A stretch of DNA of 64,000 nt, taken from assembly GCA_964252075.1 (NCBI GenBank), contig CAXULY010000023.1, positions 22,846-86,845 of the forward strand. Direction: 5' to 3'. The stretch is from an uncultured Deinococcaceae bacterium (GTDB taxonomy: Bacteria; Deinococcota; Deinococci; Deinococcales; Deinococcaceae). How positions within the stretch are numbered: the first letter of the stretch is position 1; each line of letters opens with the position of its first letter. Of the stretch, positions 60,145 to 64,000 are shown piece by piece. A model generated the notes under the pieces. It was not told where the DNA came from and searched no databases. It saw only the letters and a list, made by a program, of their open reading frames with translations. A program made the position numbers and the translations under genes.

Positions 60145-61512
60145 ATGCCCGACCGTATGAACCGAAGCCCCTGTCCGCCCGGCGCCGCCCTGTCCGCCCG
60201 CCTCTCCACGCGGCGCCTCCTGCAGGAAAGCGCCCCCGCGTCCGCGCCACCGGACACCCTGCTGCGCGAGGTGGCGAAACCCGACCGCGCGCACGTCACG
60301 CTGCGGCGCGAGGCGCGCGGCGCCGACACCGTCACCCTGATCGACGTGACGGTGGCCGTCGCGGACCGCGTGAACCGCAATGGGCGCATCTACCCGAAGG
60401 CCACCTGGCAGGCCGCCATTGACGCGGCCCAGGAGGACCTCAAAGCGGGGAAGCTGTGGGGCCTGCTGGAGCACGCGGACGACTGGGACGACCCGCTGCT
60501 GGGCGAGCTGGAGTGCATCGTGGTGCGCTACGAGTCGCTCACCCTCGACGGCGACACGGTCAAGGCGTCTGCCGTCCTGATCCGCACGCAGAAGGGCAAC
60601 GACCTGGAAGCGCTGCTCACCGGCGGCATCGCGGTGGGCGTCAGCAGCAGCGGGTACGGCAGCACCAAGTACTTCCCCGCCAGTGAGCTCCTCCCAGATT
60701 ACCCAGACCCCAGTGCGTACATCGGGGTGGTGCAGGACGACTTCCGCCTCCTCACCATCGACTTCGTGTCCGACCCCTCGGACGTGGCCGGAAGTGCCCG
60801 CAGGAAAGAGCGCCGAGAGCGCGCTCAGAAGGAGAACCGCATGCACCCCCTCATCAAGCAGCTCTGCGAGCGCCTCGGTAAGACCCTGGAGCAGGTCAAG
60901 AAGGAGCACGCCACCGAGTACTACGGCGTGCTGGAGACCATCGCCGAGCAGAACGCCCAGGCGGGCGCCGCCCCGAACGCCCCCGCGCCCGTCACCGCGC
61001 CCGCCGCGCAGCCGAACGCGCCCCCGGCCCAGGAGCACCGCCAGCCCGCCGCACCGGCCGCACCCCAGCCCGCCTCCCAGGTGGAGGGCACGCTGGAGCG
61101 CGAGGTGCTGAGCCTCACCACCGAACTGCGCACGGAGCGCACCGAGCGCGTCCGCACCGCCCGACGCAACATCGCGATTGCCGCGCTGGAGAGCGCGCAG
61201 CTGCCCCGCGCGCCGAAGGTGGGCGAGGTGGACCTCGACGCGCGCTTCCGCGAACAGCTGGAGGCCGCCGCGATTGCCGCCCAGAGCGACGACGAGGCGC
61301 GCAGCCTGGTCGACCAGATGATCAGCGAGCGGCGCGCGCTGATGGGCGCCACCACCCCCTCGAAGCCCGGCGCTCGGCAGTTCGAACACCTGAACCGCGA
61401 GGGCCGGGGTGGCGTCACCCTGCCCACCGGCAACACCAGCGGCGCCGACCCGCGCCTGCAGGAAGGGTACGAGCCCCTGCGCAACATCGCCGCCGAACTC
61501 GGCCTGCTGTAA
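60145..61512 (+). CDS. Prohead protease fused to scaffold
   Basis: NRNGRIYP, LEH, GVSSSGYGS, DFVSDPS; Pro/Ala linker and helical C-terminus. Confidence 0.88.
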   Translation: MPDRMNRSPCPPGAALSARLSTRRLLQESAPASAPPDTLLREVAKPDRAHVTLRREARGADTVTLIDVTVAVADRVNRNGRIYPKATWQAAIDAAQEDLKAGKLWGLLEHADDWDDPLLGELECIVVRYESLTLDGDTVKASAVLIRTQKGNDLEALLTGGIAVGVSSSGYGSTKYFPASELLPDYPDPSAYIGVVQDDFRLLTIDFVSDPSDVAGSARRKERRERAQKENRMHPLIKQLCERLGKTLEQVKKEHATEYYGVLETIAEQNAQAGAAPNAPAPVTAPAAQPNAPPAQEHRQPAAPAAPQPASQVEGTLEREVLSLTTELRTERTERVRTARRNIAIAALESAQLPRAPKVGEVDLDARFREQLEAAAIAAQSDDEARSLVDQMISERRALMGATTPSKPGARQFEHLNREGRGGVTLPTGNTSGADPRLQEGYEPLRNIAAELGLL

Positions 61513-61598
61513 CGCAGCGCCCCCACCGGCCCGCCGCTCGACGTGAGCGTGCGGGCCGCGCCCATTCCCCGCCCCATTCGCCCACAGGAGGGCACAAC

Positions 61599-61979
61599 AT
61601 GTCCAAGAACATGCGTCACCGCAGCCAGGACGGCCAGGGCGTCGTGCTGGCCCTCGCCGGACTCATCGCCGCCGTCAACGGTCGCCCCATGGCGCTCGGC
61701 ACGGACGGCCTCATCGGCATCCCCGAGACGGACACCGCCACGAACGACCTGCTCGCCACGGGGCGCGCCGCGAGCGGCCTGAAGGTCGGCGAGACCAGCG
61801 TGCTGCTCGTCGGCGTCGGTCACACCCGCGACCTCGGCGCCATCCCCGGCGGCGTCGCCACCTACGGCAAGGTCTACATCGCGGCGGACGGCACCCTCGC
61901 GGCCGCCGCGGGCGCCGGGCTGACCTTCATCGGCTGGAAGCTGCCGAACGGGTACGTCGCCATCCGCAACAGCAGCTGA
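61599..61979 (+). CDS. Capsid decoration/cement protein
   Basis: 126 aa, Gly/Ala-rich, between scaffold and capsid; GKVYI.ADG.L. Confidence 0.7.
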   Translation: MSKNMRHRSQDGQGVVLALAGLIAAVNGRPMALGTDGLIGIPETDTATNDLLATGRAASGLKVGETSVLLVGVGHTRDLGAIPGGVATYGKVYIAADGTLAAAAGAGLTFIGWKLPNGYVAIRNSS

Positions 61980-62037
61980 GCTCGCCTGACCGGCCAGCCC
62001 GCTCGACCCGCAGCACCCCGCCCACAGGAGGGCACCC

Positions 62038-63249
62038 ATGCGCCACGCAGACAAACTCAACAGCACCTTTCGCCAGGCCATCTTCGAGGGCCGACTGCCC
62101 GGCGGTGAGGGCGGCGTCAACACCGAACGCCTCACCGCCCTCACCCTCGCGCTGGGCGTCGTCAAGCGCTTCCACGAGGGCCAGTACGGCAAGATCTTCA
62201 CCGACAAGCTCGAAGAGGCCAGGCAGTTCCGCCTGAAGGACCCCGAAGGGTACGCCCGCGCCGCCGCCGGGTACAGCAACGTCGCCAAGGAGATCAGCGG
62301 CGGCCGCGTGCAGGAACTGCGCCTCATCGAGACGCTCACCACCAGCGACCTCGCGTACGCGCTCGGCACCACGCAGGACACCATCCGGCGCGACAACCGC
62401 CCGCCCTTCGCCACGGCGCTCCTCGACCCGAGCGTCGTGCGGCGCCGCACAGTGGACAACACCCTGCCCGTGCAGGCGCGCGGCGGCGTGGAGCTGCTCC
62501 ACCGCTTCCTGAAGCGCCGCCCGGAGGACACCAACACCGAGTACACCGGCTGGATCGGGCGCGGCGAGTACTACACCATCGCCGAGTGGGAGCTGGGCCT
62601 GAGCTTCACGCGCCCCATGCTGCTCAACGACAAGTACGGCGAGCTGCAGGACGCCGCGTACGAACTGGGGCAGAACGCCGCGCGCACGCGCCCGATGATC
62701 GTGCTGGACGCCATCTACGCGTTCGCGCCGAGCCTGGTCCTGCCGCACGGCAGCAACGGCCCGGACCTCACGAACATGCAGGCCGTGCTGGCGTACATGG
62801 CGGACCAGACCATCAACGGGCGCGGGTACAGTACCGCGCCCACGGACGTGTACTTTGCGAACCTGTGGCGCGTCGTGGCGAACGCCACGCTGAACACCCA
62901 GAGCGTCCCCGCGACGGGCGGCGGCGCGGGCGCCGTGCCGAACCCCGTGTACCAGGGGTACGCGGCGCACCCCGAGCCGGTGTTCGGAGACATCACCACG
63001 GCGGAGATCGCGGGTTTCTACAAGAAGGACTTCATCGCGATGGACAGCAGCAAGACGCCCATCGAGTTCACGACGCTGCGCGGGTACGAGGCGGGCGCAA
63101 AGACCTTCACGCAGGTCGCGGACGTGGTGGAGCTGGACGTGGGTAGCTTCGACAACAGCATCTTCCGTGTGAAGCTCTCCGACTACTGCGGCGCTGGCGT
63201 GGCGGACAAGAGCGGCGTGCTGCGCGTGAGCGGCCAGGACGGCGTCTAA
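62038..63249 (+). CDS. Major capsid protein
   Basis: 403 aa, position, E..TTSD motif, strong RBS. Confidence 0.8.
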   Translation: MRHADKLNSTFRQAIFEGRLPGGEGGVNTERLTALTLALGVVKRFHEGQYGKIFTDKLEEARQFRLKDPEGYARAAAGYSNVAKEISGGRVQELRLIETLTTSDLAYALGTTQDTIRRDNRPPFATALLDPSVVRRRTVDNTLPVQARGGVELLHRFLKRRPEDTNTEYTGWIGRGEYYTIAEWELGLSFTRPMLLNDKYGELQDAAYELGQNAARTRPMIVLDAIYAFAPSLVLPHGSNGPDLTNMQAVLAYMADQTINGRGYSTAPTDVYFANLWRVVANATLNTQSVPATGGGAGAVPNPVYQGYAAHPEPVFGDITTAEIAGFYKKDFIAMDSSKTPIEFTTLRGYEAGAKTFTQVADVVELDVGSFDNSIFRVKLSDYCGAGVADKSGVLRVSGQDGV

Positions 63250-63327
63250 GCACCAGCCGAGCAGTGAGCGCGCCCGGGCCGTCCCCGCAGGGCGGGCGCG
63301 CGGTGGCACGCGGGGGAAGGGAATGAC

Positions 63328-63960
63328 ATGTCGAAACAGAACCTGATGGTCGCGAAGCGCCTGTGGCACGGCAACCGCTTCGTGGAGGTGGGCACGCCGT
63401 GGAACGAGGTGGACACCGACGAGAGCCCCGTCGAGGAGCGCATCACCGCGCACTACCAAGCCACCGGCTTCCTGCGCTCGAAGGAGGACCTGGAGCGCGA
63501 GCGCAACGCCGAGGCGTTCGAGGCGCGCAAGGCCGCCCAGGGAAGCTCCGTGGCCCTGCAGGAAGCCCAGCAGAAGGTGGAGGACCTCACCAGCCAGCTG
63601 GAGACCGCGAAGGCGGACGCCGCCAAGGTGGCGGGCCTACAGACGCAGGTGGCGGGCCTACAGACGCAGGTGACGACCCTCACCGGCCAGCTGAATGCGG
63701 CGCGCGCACAGGTGGCGAAGGCCGAGGACACCGCGGCCCTCAAGCACTACCGCGAGGTCGTGGGGGAGCTGCTGCCCGAGGGCCTCGCGCCAAACGCCCG
63801 CAAGAGCCTCACCGAGGCCGGCTTCGTCGGGAAGCACCTCCTGGCGCGCGTGAGTGACGAGGAGCTGCGCGCGCTGCCGAACGTCGGGGACGGCACCATT
63901 GAGGCGCTGCGCAAGTTCGCGCCCCTGCACGTTCCGTCGGCACCTACGCCCGAGGGCTGA
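63328..63960 (+). CDS. Coiled-coil protein with C-terminal helix-hairpin-helix
   Basis: SDEELRALPNVGDGT; internal 21-bp duplication. Confidence 0.75.
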   Translation: MSKQNLMVAKRLWHGNRFVEVGTPWNEVDTDESPVEERITAHYQATGFLRSKEDLERERNAEAFEARKAAQGSSVALQEAQQKVEDLTSQLETAKADAAKVAGLQTQVAGLQTQVTTLTGQLNAARAQVAKAEDTAALKHYREVVGELLPEGLAPNARKSLTEAGFVGKHLLARVSDEELRALPNVGDGTIEALRKFAPLHVPSAPTPEG

Positions 63961-64000
63961 GCCGTGACGGCGCCCGCACGGCCCCTCAAGCCCAGGCAGC

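Larger units (their letters stand above)
29186..64000. mobile_element. Temperate tailed-phage prophage (continues beyond window)
   Basis: Integrase, immunity, recombination, replication, packaging and head genes in canonical order. Confidence 0.95.

Noticed and set aside
29186..64000. Diversity-generating retroelement, retron or intron in the prophage
   Set aside because: No reverse transcriptase motif, TR/VR pair or split gene seen in this window

Overview
High-GC bacterial DNA, most likely Deinococcus. The evidence is DdrA-like and RqkA-like proteins, a DUF4388 protein, an RDRM-like operator and many leaderless genes with TANNNT 5-7 nt before the start. Bases 1-28.7 kb are host chromosome: housekeeping genes (tRNA-Gln, argB, two Dus enzymes, ffh, hbd, hisF, hisIE, murA, PQQ-repeat Ser/Thr kinase, tatA, DedA) and a 12-18.5 kb accessory cluster (cysteine-less AhpD/CMD protein, two paralogous LuxR regulators, an S8 protease lipoprotein, an Ig-repeat lipoprotein). 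From about 29186 to the window end lies a prophage inserted in comM/yifB by a large serine recombinase. It carries an ImmA/IrrE-like protease with an XRE repressor, Cro, HNH, Xis, a DdrA homologue plus exonuclease plus Bet, a replication initiator with iterons and DnaA-like boxes, ParB, many small early genes, a C5 methyltransferase, terminase, portal, protease/scaffold and capsid. The most unusual items are (1) leaderless antisense genes nested under an unbroken chain of translationally coupled sense ORFs (49.7-51.3 kb, 55.6 kb), (2) a ~420-nt hairpin-dense non-coding region ending in a tRNA-like fold after the putative late promoter/terminator, and (3) a phage-borne DdrA alongside a second annealase. 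All calls are from motif reading and recalled family knowledge; no searches were run.
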